Below, one piece after another: positions 52,011 through 64,000 of a stretch of DNA of 64,000 nucleotides. The DNA comes from Camelus dromedarius (Eukaryota): assembly GCF_036321535.1 (NCBI RefSeq), contig NC_087437.1:116748001-116812000 (forward strand). Direction: 5' to 3'. The notes under the pieces were generated by a model that was not told the DNA's origin, did not search any database, and saw only the letters and a program-made list of their open reading frames with translations. The translations under genes were made by a program, and so were the position numbers. Within the stretch, counting starts at the first letter, position 1. Every line of letters begins with the position of its first letter.

Positions 52011-53809
52011 ACACAGCAAGTTCCCTTTTCTCTGCAGACGTTGAGCAATACTCTTGCCTGAAGCTTCCTCCTGCTTATTTCTAATCTTACCAACCCTGCT
52101 GTTCCAGAAATAGCCACCTTCCTGGCTCTTAACGCATGACGGCCCTCAGTCCTTCCTCTCCTGGCTCCAGCGGAGGGAGAGGTTGGCTGTGCGATGGATG
52201 GTCTGGGCAGGGGCAGGTGTGGCCAGCCTTCCTGGGAGAAGCCTCCACTGCAGAGATCTGATGGCTCCTGAGATTTGGTCTAAGTCACTGTAGTCATTAC
52301 AGAAGTGAAGGCTCAAACCCTTTGTTCTCGTGTTACAGCCAGCAACGGAGTGTTCAAAGGCTCACGGCTATCCAACGCGGCCATAAAACGAACCCTCCTC
52401 TACAGATCGCTTGTGCTATGTTCCGTTTCCTCCTTTGCAGCCGGCCCAGGCGTTTAAGCACTTTGTGTGTGAGATAACTTTTGATAAAGTCCCACCAAGT
52501 AATATTGCTCATAATAACAGACGTCCTGTGTGCCCATTAAGGATAACAAACTGGGCTAACCACAAACCTCAAAAGAAGTATTCTGTTGTTTGAGGTTTAA
52601 AGAAAAAATAAAGAGCTTCATTCTTGCCTCTAGAATAAAGGTCTTTTGAGAACTTCATTTTTGAAAGCGTCTCTGGCAAGACCACAGAGATCATGGACAC
52701 CCACATCCTAGGCATTTTCACGCTTTCTCCTGAAGGCACGCCGCACGTTTCAGAATTACACGTTAAAGGACATAGGCAGCTGGGTGAGTGACCGGTCATA
52801 ACATTCCAAAAGTAACCCCTGTTAAGTAAATTATCATCTTTTTTTGGCTAGGTTTGCTCTGAACATCTGATTCATTGCACTTAAATAGCTGCCTTTCTTT
52901 CCGGCGCACCTGCGGGGATTTTGAAGCAGTGAGGGCTGGCAGGGGGGCTGACTGTTGGATCAGAGATGGAATCGTCAGATAAACTTTCCAAGTAAAAAGT
53001 CTGCCACGTGGTTTTCACATGCAGGCTGTTCTGTTTCTTAATTGGGGCTAATTTGGAGTGATGTCAACACATTCGCTGGTTGGCTTTACCCCGTCCCCTT
53101 CATGCTTCTAAATCGCTGCAGTGGATGGACCCTAGGGGCCCAGGGGGTGGGAAGGATGGATAAGAACTCAATTACCACCAGTTTCCAGGACACCTAATTA
53201 GGAGAGTCCCTTTCCGGCCAGGGCTGGAGGAGCTGCCGTACAGTACAGCGTGAATACAGCGCAAAGGTGAGGGGCTTGGCTGGGTCTTGGCTGCTGCCTC
53301 TTGAGATGCCAGGCCGGGCGCCACATTGCCCCAGCCATGACCACGCGCTCTCAGCAGGGCGGGAAAGTGGCTTAGGCACAGTTGTCTCCAACTCTGCTCT
53401 GTTGGCCTTTCCCCTGCTCTTTCTTTCCTGCCCCCCTTTAAATTCCCGGCAGAGAGAAGGATGCGATTTCTCCTGAGAGGCCCTGGAATAAGCCACGGGA
53501 GAGCCCCTCCCAACAACATAGGCATTTTGTGGTCATGGAAGGCAAGTGCGGTGGAGCCTTGCTCTGAAATAAGTAAACCCAACACAGACCCCAGAGCATG
53601 TGGGAAAAGACCCCCCGGTGCTCTGAATGAGGGGATGGGGGGCGGAGGGAGGTCCCTTGCTCTGGGATGGAGTGCAGCCAGCAGAAGCTTGTTCTGGACT
53701 TTCAGAAACTCTTTTGACTGTGAAGAAACAGATGAGAGGAGGCAGGTGGGGGCAGCCCCTGGCAAAGCTTCCAGCCAGGGCCTCCATATCTCCATCTGCA
53801 GATATGACA

Positions 53810-54110
53810 GTGCTGTGAAGAAAGAAAGCAAAGCGATGTGCTGAGAGGACTGAGGGTGGTTTTAGACAGGTGGTCAAGCCACAGCCACGCTGAGACTTCA
53901 GCGATGGGCAGGAGCCAGGAAAGCAAAACCACGGGAGGAAAACTGTGTGCAAGTGAAGCATCAAGGGCAAAGGCCCTGAGACAGGAAGGGTCTGGGGTGT
54001 TTAAGGAGCAGCCCAGAGTGTGGCTGTAGCGGGAGGAGGGCGGGATGTGCAGGGAGCTGAGTTTGCAGAAGTGGGCAGGGTCAGCGCTCAGAGCCTCATG
54101 GGGGAGGAGA
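53810..54110 (-). mobile_element. L2 LINE fragment
   Basis: Typical antisense L2 motifs ttttagacaggtggtca...gcaaaggccctgagacaggaagg...gtgtttaaggagcagc. Confidence 0.65.
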
Positions 54111-54414
54111 GGGGAGGCCCAAGATGCCATGTGCCCCCTGAGGGCACTCTGTTCTCACGCAGAGCTCTGAGCCACCCAGGGGACCAGTGGAGGAACTGAC
54201 TCAACAGCCAAGGAGGCTGGCCTCCTGTCCCCCTTACACACGGCTGACAGAGGCACACACCTTCTCTGCTGGTCCTTCCATCCTCCTTAAACATGCCGAG
54301 CCATCACCCACACACCACTTACAGCTTATTGTGCTCTCAACAAAGAAGGCAAAGCCAGGACACAGGCCATCCTTCCCACCCATTCTGTTTTTCTCCATGC
54401 ATTAGTGAGACCAG

Positions 54415-54600
54415 CCCGCCACGAGGGGTGATTTTCCTCCCACCAGGAGTCACTGGCTGGGTTTGGAGACACTTTTGGTTGGCACAAATGGGCTGAGTGC
54501 TCCTGGCATCCGATGGGTGGGGGAGGGGATGCTCCGGCATCCTACGGGGTGCAGGACGGCCCCCTGACTACAGAGCTGGTCCCATCCAAAACACTGAGCG
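54415..54600 (+). mobile_element. MER20 (hAT-Charlie)
   Basis: ggggtgattttcctccc...ggagacacttttggttggcacaa...ctggcatc...catcctacggggtgcaggacggcccc. Confidence 0.75.
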
Positions 54601-55114
54601 ATGCATGAGAAGGAAGACCATCCCAGGGAGCTTTCTAAGGCGGGGTTTTGTGCCAGAAAAAAATAGTGACCCATAAGAAAGCTGCCTCAGCTCCTTTCAA
54701 AATTAAATACCTCCCTCCTTTGTCAAACATTGGAAAACAAGCGAGTTTCTATTTCAGTCCGTGGGGTGGGTTTTCCGTCTGTCTGGCAGGCTTTCGGGCA
54801 GAAGCTAGGTGGGGTATGCTGAGCATCAGGAGGAAAAGTCCGGAATGAGCCTGAACCGTACACAAGGGCAGGCAGACCCCCCTCGGCTCTGGGGCTGCTC
54901 GGATCTCCCAGAGGCTGGAACGTACCCGGCCGGGTCCTCCCCCTGGGAAGTGCCTGGACGCAAGGCTTAAAGCTGTGGGCACTTCCTGGCATCGTGGATT
55001 TTCGCCTGTGGCCATTCCTCCCTTTTACGCGTGGTCATTAGAGCTCCCAGGTTCAAAGCAGAGATGTGTCTGAAAACACCCTGATGTAGTCATGTCAGCA
55101 ATGTCATTACACAC

Positions 55115-55503
55115 CACAAGGGCTGAACTGTGTCCCTTCACATTCATGTGCTGAAGTCCTAACCCCCAGGACCTCAGAATGTACTGTATTTGGACATGGG
55201 GTCTTTATAAAGATAATTAAGAAAAATGAAGTCCTATGTTGGGGGGGTCCTAATCCAGTATGATTGATAGCCTTATAGGAAGTGGAGATTAGGACACAAA
55301 CACACACACATGGACGACCTGGTGAGGACACAGGCAGAAGAAGACCAGCTACAAGCCAAGGAGAGAGGCCTCAGGAGGGACCAGCCCTGCCGACGCCTTG
55401 ATCTTGGACTTCCAGCCTCCAGACTAATGAGAAGATAAACTCCTGTTGCTGAAGCCCCCCAGTGCCTGGCACTTGGTTTCAGCAGCCCCGGCTGACTGAC
55501 ACA
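55115..55503 (+). mobile_element. MaLR LTR (MLT1A/B-like)
   Basis: gggctgaactgtgtccc...tgctgaagtcctaacccccag...cttgatcttggacttccagcctccagac...ctgacaca. Confidence 0.88.
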
Positions 55504-55631
55504 GCAGGCTTAGAGCTGGGAAGGACTCAGAAATTCTCCCGTGCCACCTGCCCCCCGGAGCCACCATCTCCTGTGTGACCCCCGTCTCTGATCACCGTGA
55601 GGGATGGGGCCTCATGACTTCACAGAGAAAC

Positions 55632-56110
55632 TGTGTAGCGTGGACTGGATTCCTCTTGCTGCGGTAGCAAAGTGCCACAAACTTGGGAGTTAAAAACAAT
55701 GGCAACATATGCTCTCCCAGCCCTAGAGGCGAGAAGTCCAAAACAGGTTTCACAGCGTTGTGCTCGTCCGGGGCTGCAGGGGAGAATCTGTTTCCTTGCC
55801 TTTTCCAGCATCAAGAGCTGCATCCCTTGGTTCCTTGGCTGGTGTCCCTTCTTCCATCTTCGAAGCCAGCAGAGTAGCGTCTTGCCTCCCCCATCACCTT
55901 GCCTTCTTTTCTGTGTCAGGTCTCCCCCTGTCTGTCTTGTTACACTTGTGAAGGCTTTTAAGGGCCCACCTGGATGATCTAAGATGATCCAGGATAATGA
56001 TCCTTAACATCATCACATCCACAAAGCTGCTTTCGCCATGTAAGGTAGCATATTTGTAGGTTCCAGAGATTAGGGCATCTTTGGGGGAGGGGCATTATCC
56101 AGCCCATTAT
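55632..56110 (-). mobile_element. MaLR LTR (MLT1C/D-like, antisense)
   Basis: agtgccacaaacttgggagttaaaaacaa...aagggcccacctggatgatc...ccatgtaaggtagcatatttgtaggttccagagattaggg. Confidence 0.8.
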
Positions 56111-57171
56111 TCAGCGTGTTGCTTTAAGGCAGAGTTCTTGCGCCAGCCTGGGGGACAGGCCCCATCCGTCATGGCCAGAGTGGTTAAATCACGGGGTATG
56201 AGCTAACTCGGCAGCTGGTGCATAGGAGATGCTCCAAGAGAAACTGGGGTGCTGTAGACCCTCTTGCAAGGCCTGCCCGGGATATTTTCCCAGCGTATTG
56301 ATATTTTTGCAGATAGCTTTGGATTCAAGGAATAAAGGTCAGATGACAAGGGCAGAGTTAGGGATGAGGCCGCTACCCTGAGCAACTGTCACTCACTCTA
56401 TTGAAGGAAATAAGCAACATTCCAGCAAAGACTTGAAAACTCCGGAAGGGGCACCATCCCCAAGACCAGACCTTCTTCTGAGGTTGAGCAACACGCGGCT
56501 TACGGAAAGCGAGGTCACCCACTTCCCTGTCCCTTTAACCAGAGCATAACAGGGTGTGATGTACAACGTGTTTGTGGAGGTTGGGTTTCGCTCATTTTCT
56601 TCCCCCAACCCGGCAGGGCTTTTTTTCCCCTGCTACCGAAGCATGCCTTTAAAGAAATGGCCCCCGAAGTCACAGGGAACTTGAATACTAACAAACACAT
56701 CATTAAACGTATACGACGTCCTTCCAGTACATGCCGTCCAGATGCAGAGGACAGCTAAGGCATTTATTCTCGGACCACCCTCATTATTGTCCCTGCCCAC
56801 CCCCCTCATTTGATTCAATTGCCTTCAAGCCAAAAAAAAAAAAAAAAAGCAGCAGTCATAAAACTCTAAGTTGCTACTTCTCCTTTTTCTTTTTTCAATT
56901 AAATGAGGCTAAAGACGCAATAGCAGGTTTTAGTAAACAACTGAAGACATCACCTCGTTTTCTCTATTTTGCGGATCCCGAGAAGGTGCCACCCCTGCTT
57001 AAGGGTCTGAGAGTCCAGCTGGTGGCTCCCAAGTGAAGTCCCCCTCCTGGGAGGAACAAATGCTTTCAAGAAACCTCACGGCTGGCCAGAGCCTGTCACC
57101 CACCTGCCGGCTGTTACAGAGCTGGGGGCTCAGAGAGGCATCACTCAGCACCGCTATGTCCACGCTCGGTG

Positions 57172-57435
57172 GGGTGGGCTGAACTGTGCCCCGAAAGAGG
57201 TAGGCTGAAGTCCTAACCCCTGGCTCCAGGGGATGTGGCCTTACTGGAAATGTAATCAAGTTCAAGAAGACACAGGAGAGAGGACCCGGGGGAGCACCTG
57301 GGGTGGGAGTGGCGCTCCGCAAACCGGGAGGGAAAGGCAAGGAAGGAGCCTTCCTCCGAAGCCCCAAGAAGGAACCGACTGTGCAGACGCCTTGACTTCA
57401 GACTCCGGCTTCCAGAGCTGTGAGGAGATGACTTC
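57172..57435 (+). mobile_element. MaLR LTR fragment (MLT1)
   Basis: gggctgaactgtgcccc...gctgaagtcctaacccc...gacttcagactccggcttccagagctgtgag. Confidence 0.75.
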
Positions 57436-57479
57436 CAAGCAGCCCTGGCACATGAATGTGAAACGCCCCTTCTGACCAT

Positions 57480-57618
57480 TATTTTTTAGTTCTTTTGGGG
57501 AGGGGGGATGGGAGGGGTAATTAAGTTTATTTTTTATTCATTTAATGGAGGTACTGGGGGTTGAACCCAGGATCTCGTGCATGTTAAGCATGTGCTCTGC
57601 CTCTGAGCTGTACCCTCC
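57480..57618 (-). mobile_element. tRNA-derived SINE (Vic-1-like)
   Basis: ggaggtactgggggttgaacccaggatctcgtgcatgttaagc...gagctgtaccctcc. Confidence 0.88.
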
Positions 57619-58169
57619 TCTGACCTTTTGATCACTTTAATGCAGAAGTGATGCTCTGGCCCTGCTCCTCACCTCTCCCTGCCACCCCTCACGTCCACCC
57701 CAGGGGTTTCCTAAGCCTGCTTTGGGCTTCCAAGCTGAGGAAGAACCACCAAGGTCCTCCTGGGATTGGACCTGCTCCAAAGAGACAAAAGTGAGATGTC
57801 TCCTCCTCCCCAGCCCACCCTCCCCAAAAGTTCTCTTAAAGTAGGGTGGAGCAAAACAAAAAGGAAAGAAGGCCGTTCGGTCTCCGGAGGCTGTGGGAGG
57901 GAGGGATGGAGTCACCCAGTGCTCGCCGGACTCCCTGCTGGGAGCCGTCCAGTGAGCATCTCCTTCTCACCGGAAGGAGCTGAGGTTCTTGCCCACGTGA
58001 GATGAGGACCAGGTTCCCATCCTGCAGGTGCCATGTGTGAGCCGGGGTCTGAGCTGAGGTCTCCTCTCTCCAGAGACCCCACGGGATTCGCCCCACGGCC
58101 TGATGTCTCAGAGTCTCCCTCCATGGTCCGCTCAGTTTAAATTCAGCAGCTCAGCCTAATTGTGTAAGG

Positions 58170-58345
58170 ACGCGAGCAGCCTGCAAAATTCCAGCGAGCA
58201 TCAGAATCACCTGGGGGCCTAGCAATGCACCCTTCACTCCCCGGCCCCTCACCCAGAGCTTCCCAGGCAGTGGGTCTGGGTGGGCCTGAGATTCTATACT
58301 GCTAACACATCTCCAGAAGGTGAGAGATGGGTCCAGGGTCCAGGG
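58170..58345 (+). mobile_element. MER5-like hAT MITE
   Basis: gcatcagaatcacctgggggcct...gtgggtctgggtgggcctgagattct. Confidence 0.6.
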
Positions 58346-58744
58346 GGTGAGGATCGTCAGTTTATTTGAAACTGGGAGGCATCAGGCGGGGCCTGAGTCC
58401 TGGCGCCCCCGCCCTCATGTGATGGGAGGTGAAGGTGAGGGAAAGCAGGACCTCTTCTCCCCTGGCCCCCCCTCCCCCAGCCTCTCCTGACCTGTCCTCC
58501 CTTGCCAGATGCCCCCAGCGGCAGTGACCCAGTGCTCTAACTCACATCCTCCACCACCATCCATCCTTCTGTTCAGAGATGCCCCATTCCCCAGTGGTCC
58601 TCACTTCGTAGTTGATTCATGACACAAAGCACCCCTGAGCTGATGTCCACAGGAGCAGACGTGCCCGCCAGGAGATGCTGGCCCTTTTCCCACCTTTCCC
58701 TGACCACATGTACTCTCTTCTTGGAATTGTCTGGCCTTACGTGG

Positions 58745-59115
58745 TGCTGCAGGCTGAACTGTGTCCGCTTCAAATTCATATGCTGGATTCTTAACCTCTG
58801 GTACCTCAAAATGTGACTGTATTTGGAGAAAGAGACTTTAAAGAGGTGACTGAGGTCAAAGGAGCGCACACGGTGGGCCTTACTCTCATATAGCAGGTGT
58901 CCTTGCAAGAAGAGGTCTGGGCACAGACACACACAGAGGGACGATTGTCAGGACACAGGGAGGAGGTGGCCATCTCCAGCCAGGGGAGAGGTCTCAGAGC
59001 AGCCAAACTTGACCTTGGACTTCCAGCCTCCAGACGGTGAGGCAATACATTTCCGTTGTTTAAGCCACCCAGCCTGCGGTTCTTTGTTTCAGCAGCCTGA
59101 GCAAATGAATACACA
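58745..59115 (+). mobile_element. MaLR LTR (MLT1A/B-like)
   Basis: ggctgaactgtgtcc...gtgactgtatttggaga...cttggacttccagcctccagac...gcaaatgaataca. Confidence 0.85.
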
Positions 59116-59341
59116 GTGTTTACATTTCTGCGTCTGCACTGGATCATAACCTCCTGAGCACAGGAACTACATCTTTTCATCCTTGGATTCCCAGCACTTA
59201 GCACGTGCCTGGCACAATTAAAGGGCATGACAGTAATAATAATAATAACAACAATAACAACAGCTACCATTTGTTGAGTGCTTATTATGTGCCAGGCCCT
59301 GTGCTCTGCACTTCATGTTGCATCCACAGCTAGTAAGTGCA

Positions 59342-59845
59342 TGTGATGGGCTGAAACTGACGCCCAAAGAGACCCACATCCTGATTCCTGAAACCTGCAA
59401 ACGTTACCAAAGAGACTCTGGGGATGTGGTTGTTTTAGGGACCTTGACATGGAAGATTATCCTGGATTATTATTGCTGTCATGAGTGTCCTTGTAAGAGG
59501 AAGGCGGGGGACGATTTCCCACAGACAGGAAAGAAGAAAGCAATGTGATCACGGAGCAAGATGCTACGTGGCTGGCTTTGAAGACAGAGGAAGGGGCCAT
59601 GAGCCCAGGAGTGCAGGCGTCCTCTGGAAGCTGGGCCAGGCAAGGAATGGCTTTTCCCTTAGAGCCCCTGGAGGGAGCACAGGCCTGCCACCCCTTGATT
59701 TCAGCTCAGTGATGTGATTTCAGACCTACCTCCAGAACTGTGAGAGAATACATTGCTATTAAGTTTGAATAACTGAATAAATTTCTATTGGTTTATTCAT
59801 GAAGTTTACAGTGAATTATTACAGCAGCCACAGGAAACTCATCCA
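59342..59845 (+). mobile_element. MaLR LTR (MLT1D-like)
   Basis: tgtgatgggctgaaa...cccaaagagacccacatcctgattcctgaaacctg...ctggctttgaagacagaggaagggg...ccagaactgtgagagaata. Confidence 0.8.
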
Positions 59846-60489
59846 GTAGAGACAGGATTTAAACCCAGGCAGTCTGTCTTCAGAACCTGACTGTTGTTTT
59901 GTTTTGTTGATTTTTAAAAACTGTCTTCTTATGACTTTAAGATTTAAGCTCATTTTTTCATGAGCTGCAATCTCATGCAGTGAAATGCACAACACACTTG
60001 ACAAATTTAAACACTTGTGCAGTCCCCCCCATCGAGGTATAGAACAGACCTAACCCCTTTCCCGTCAGTTCAGCCCCTGTCCCGAGGCAGCCCCGTCCTG
60101 ATTTCTATCACCCCACGTTAGTGTTGCTTGTTCTTGGACTTCCTATAAATAAAGCATATTGTATGTTGTTGTGTGTGTTCAGAGTTGCTTTTCATTTATC
60201 CATGGTTTCACTATCCCTCAATTTTTGTTGTTGTTTTTTTTTTTCAGTGTCCCCAAGGGAACTTTGAACATTTCCTGCACCATTAAAGTCAAACTAGAGA
60301 TAAATGCCAGGACGGTCACGTGGGTGTGGTATGTTGTGAGGCTGAAATGGGACAGCCTCCCCAAATCCCCCCGCGTTACTGCAACAGAAATGCTCCATTT
60401 CCACGCCCTTTACTAAATGGGAGTTCTTTTGTCCTAAAGGTAATCAGCTTTGGACTCGTGGCCACAAAATGGTACTTTATGAACTGCAG

Positions 60490-60970
60490 GGCAGGAAAGA
60501 CTTTCCGTCCTCCCCCTTGGATGCCACAGCTGGGTCTACGAAATAAACTGACAACAGGCAGATTAACAGGAGAAAAGGCGTACACATTTATTGTTTTTTA
60601 ATATTCTGCACACAGAGGGCATCACAGGGAAAAAAGTGGACTCAGTAAACTGGTGCAATTTGCGAGCTTACATACCATCTTAACAGGGGGAGGGGAGTGG
60701 GGACGTAGCCAGTTCACAGGAGATGAAGGGCCCTTAGAAGAAAGATGGGAGATATGACAGTTTGTCTGGGTGTGGTGCCGACTTCTGGTCTCCTGTCCCG
60801 CAATAAGGGTCAGTCTTCCCCGCTGAGGACACTCCGGGGGAGGGGGGTTTAAGACAATTGACTTTCTTTCGGAGGTAGATTAAGGGAGTTCCCTGAGTTT
60901 GCTGTTTTCCAGTGGCCTCAGCTCAAAATAATCAATAGGACAAAGCAGCATATTGTGGGGTCCTGAACTC
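60490..60970 (-). mobile_element. ERV1 LTR fragment (MER34/MER39-like)
   Basis: aaataaactgacaacaggcagattaacaggagaaaaggcgtacacatttatt...cagctcaaaataatcaata...gcatattgtgggg. Confidence 0.6.
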
Positions 60971-62081
60971 CTTTAAAATCACGTTTCTTTCACTCTAGCC
61001 AAAACATTTGAGCTGGCAATTATGTCTTCCTGCTACCCAGTTGTGGTGTTCAGCCTCAGAGACTAGTGCCCCAGCTCCGCTAAGGACACAGTGGTCCGTG
61101 TGTACCACCAACAGCTGTGCAGCTGACAGCCCTCCCTCCCTGCCTGTCCCTCCGCCAGACGGGGGACCATTCAGGAAAGACTGCTTGGGGGGAAACCAGC
61201 TTCAAATCTCTTTCAATCTCTCTCTCCTCCACCCTTCTTTCCAATCTCAGGGTCACAGAAATGTGTTCTCAGCCTCTCTTCATTGGAAATGCATATACAT
61301 ACGTGTGTGCAATGATCATAAACCCTAGTGAATTCCCTGTGCATCATGAGACCCTGAGCATTAATGGGAATTCACATCCACTTATGAGTTCCTCCACCTT
61401 TAGAGACACACTTCTATCCTGAAACTTGAGTTCAGCCTTGTTTTTTAAAAAAAAAATAATTATATCACGTATATATGATACAATTATTTTAATGTTTTAA
61501 ACTATATTAATAAATGTATTTATAAAGTATATTAATATATTAATAAATAAAATATTGTTTGTTTTATTTAAAATTATATATATACATATATATTCCTAAA
61601 AACATATTATTTAGTTTCAGTTGTTTTTTTTCACTCTTACCAAAGGTTACTGAGTTGAATGGAATTTCCTGGAGTTCATATTTTTCACTCAATGTTTTAA
61701 GTTGCCGAGATGCATTCATATGATGGTGGATGGTTGTGGCTAATTCTTTCTTACCCCTACATAATATCCCAGTCCGTGGCTCGGCCACAGATTGTTTCTC
61801 CACCATCAAGTTGTCGGGCTGTGGGTATTTCCAGCGCTGATTATAAAGCTTCTTCTGCACGTTTCTGAGAGACTCGGGCCGGAGTTCCTCTTCATCACAT
61901 GCCTGGTGTGCATGTTCGACTTTACGAGATGATGACAAACCTTTTCAAAGTGACTGCGCCCATTCTGCACAACGACCAAGTGAGTTCTAACTCACTTCGT
62001 GACTCAGGAAATAGGGACCCCTGAGTGAATGGAGCTGGAGGAAAGTGCTTTTCCACCTGCAAGGGAGGAAATCCTGCCCCT

Positions 62082-62122
62082 ACACCAGCCACACCAGCCA
62101 CACCAGCCACACCAGCCACACC
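62082..62122. repeat. 9-bp tandem repeat (acaccagcc)x4.5
   Basis: Directly visible. Confidence 0.9.
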
Positions 62123-62262
62123 GCTCCAGGTGACTCAATGGCGGAAACTCCAGTAGCAAAGCTTGTAGTAGAAAAGTGAGATGAATATTTATCCTAACAT
62201 GGGTAGGAGGGATTTTTTTTTTTAAGACACAATAGGCATAAGCCGTAAGTTAAATGATTGGC

Positions 62263-63197
62263 TGTCGTTTTGTTTTGTTTATGGTTTCCTTTGTGGTGCC
62301 GAAGTTTGTAGGTTTTATTAGGTCCCATTTGTTTATTCTTGCTTTTATTTCTATTACTTGAGTAGACTGCCCTAGGAAAACATTTTTGAGATGTATGTCA
62401 GATAATGTTTTGCCTATGTTTTCTTCTAGGTTTATTGTATCTTGTCTTATGTTTAAGTCTTTGATCCATTTTGAGTTTATTTTTGTGTATGGTGTAAGGG
62501 AGTGTTCTAGCTTCATTGATTTACATGCTGCTGTCCAGTTTTCCCAGCACCATTTGCTGAAGAGACTGTCTTTATTCCATTGTATATTCTTGCCTCCTTT
62601 GTTGAAGATTAGTTGACCAAAAGTTCATTTCTAGGCTCTCTATTCAGAAACAGCCCAAATGTCCATCGACAGATGATGGGATAAACAAGATGTGGTGTAT
62701 TTATATAATGGAATACTATTCAGCCATAAAAACAACAACATAATGCCATTTGCAGCAACATGGATGTCCCTGGGGAATGTCATTCTAAGGGATGTAAGCC
62801 AGAAAGAGAAAGAAAAAGACCATATGAGATCGCTTATATGTGGAATCTAAAAAAAAAAAAAAAAGAAGAAGAACATAAATACAAAACAGAAACAGACTCA
62901 TAGACAGAATACAAACTTGTGGTTGCCAAGGGGGACGGGGTGGGAAGGGACAGACTGGGAGTTCAAAATTTGTAGATACTGACAGGCATATGCAGAATAG
63001 ATAAACAAGATTATACTGTATAGCACAGGGGAATATATATAAGACCTTGTGGTAGCTCACAGCAAAAAAGAATGTGACAATGAATATATGTATGTTCATG
63101 TGTAACTGAAAAATTGTGCTCTACATGGGAAATCAACACAACATTGTAAACTGACTATAACTCAATTAAAAAATTTTTTTAAATGTTAAAAAAATAT
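62263..63197 (+). mobile_element. Young 5'-inverted L1 insertion (inverted ORF2 part 62263-~62645, sense 3' part ~62646-63197)
   Basis: Minus-strand ORF MKLEHSLTPYTKINSKWIKDLNIRQDTINLEENIGK joined to a sense L1 3' end; 18-bp TSD gtaag(t/a)taaatgattggc at 62245-62262 and 63198-63215. Confidence 0.9.
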
Positions 63198-63399
63198 GTA
63201 AGATAAATGATTGGCAATTTTGACTCTGAAAGTTTGGAACTTTCATTCATCACAAAAAAAGGAAAGTGAAAAGACAAAGTAATACTTTTCATAACAAAAA
63301 AAGGGTTAGAATCAAGAGTATATAAAGAAATCCTGTGAAGTAATAAAGTCCAAACAACCAGTTTAAAAAGGGCACTATATACAGTATACATAAATGGGC

Positions 63400-63416
63400 A
63401 ATATATACATATATAT

Positions 63417-63449
<33 letters not shown>
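63400..63449. repeat. (TA)n(CA)n microsatellite
   Basis: Directly visible. Confidence 0.9.
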
Positions 63450-63454
63450 TGCAG

Positions 63455-63720
63455 CAGTTAACCACTTATCCATCGGAGATATATTCCAAGACCCCCAGTG
63501 GATTCCTGAAACCACGGATAGCACTGAACTCTCTGTAAACTATGTTGTTTCCTTGCTGATGTATCTGTGATAAAGTTTGATCTATAAATTAGGCACAATA
63601 AGAGACTAACAACAATAACTAATACTAAAATAGAACCACATAACAATATACTATAATAAAAGTTAAGAGAACACAGACTCGCTGCCTCTCAACATCTCTT
63701 ACTGTACTGTACTCACCCTT
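63455..63720 (+). mobile_element. MER44/Tigger7-like DNA transposon relic
   Basis: cttatccatcggagatatattccaagacccccagtggattcctgaaaccacggatagcactgaac...ataaattaggcacaataagagactaacaacaataac. Confidence 0.8.
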
Positions 63721-64000
63721 CTTTTTTTTATTTTTGATTTTTTATTGAAGTAGATTTGATTTACAGTGTTGTGTTAGTTTCGGCTGTACAGCAAGGTGAT
63801 TCAGCTATACATATACATATTCTTTTTCAGATTTTTTCATGATAGGTTATTACTAGACATTGAATGTGGTTCCCTGTGCTATCAGTAGGTCCTTGTTGTT
63901 TATCTATTTTATATACAGTAGTTTGTATTTGCTAATCCCAAACTCCTGATTTATCCCTCCCCCCCTTTCCCCTTTGGTAACTGTAAATTTGTTTTCCACG
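63721..64000 (-). mobile_element. Antisense L1 3' end (runs off the window)
   Basis: Poly(T) followed by ttgaagtagatttgatttacagtgttgtgttagttt...gttccctgtgctat. Confidence 0.85.

Noticed and set aside
53172..54130. Overlapping 140-220 aa ORFs
   Set aside because: GC-rich sequence partly derived from L2; ORFs on both strands with no family features.
62082..62122. Short direct-repeat array
   Set aside because: Simple 9-bp tandem repeat with no spacers; not CRISPR-like, and the context is eukaryotic.

Overview
Repeat-rich mammalian genomic DNA. The tRNA-derived SINEs and young L1 3' ends look like camelid (Vic-1 / L1_Vpa-like) families, so the source is probably a camelid; this is an inference from remembered consensus sequences. 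Much of the window is interspersed repeat: nested LINE-1, SINEs with target-site duplications (TSDs), MIR/L2/CR1, ERV1/ERVL/MaLR solo LTRs and Tigger/Charlie DNA transposon relics. Two gene-like objects stand out. (1) An intronless, open, GC-rich cTAGE5/MIA2-derived retrogene at 11217-12803 (+), with a perfect Kozak context, cTAGE-like 3'UTR and poly(A) remnant; a G12 tract appears to shift its C-terminus out of the ancestral frame. (2) A seven-exon gene model at 18910-28696 (+), 313 codons, assembled by eye. All six introns join in phase and it has a CCAAT/GC-box/RFX-like promoter, but it carries a GT>AT donor lesion and two premature stops, suggesting a decayed (unitary pseudo)gene that I cannot name. 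There is also an orphan CpG-rich element at about 41.9-42.4 kb and two 5'-inverted (twin-primed) L1 insertions. Repeat subfamily names and homology calls come from memory and need RepeatMasker/BLAST confirmation; most repeat boundaries are approximate.
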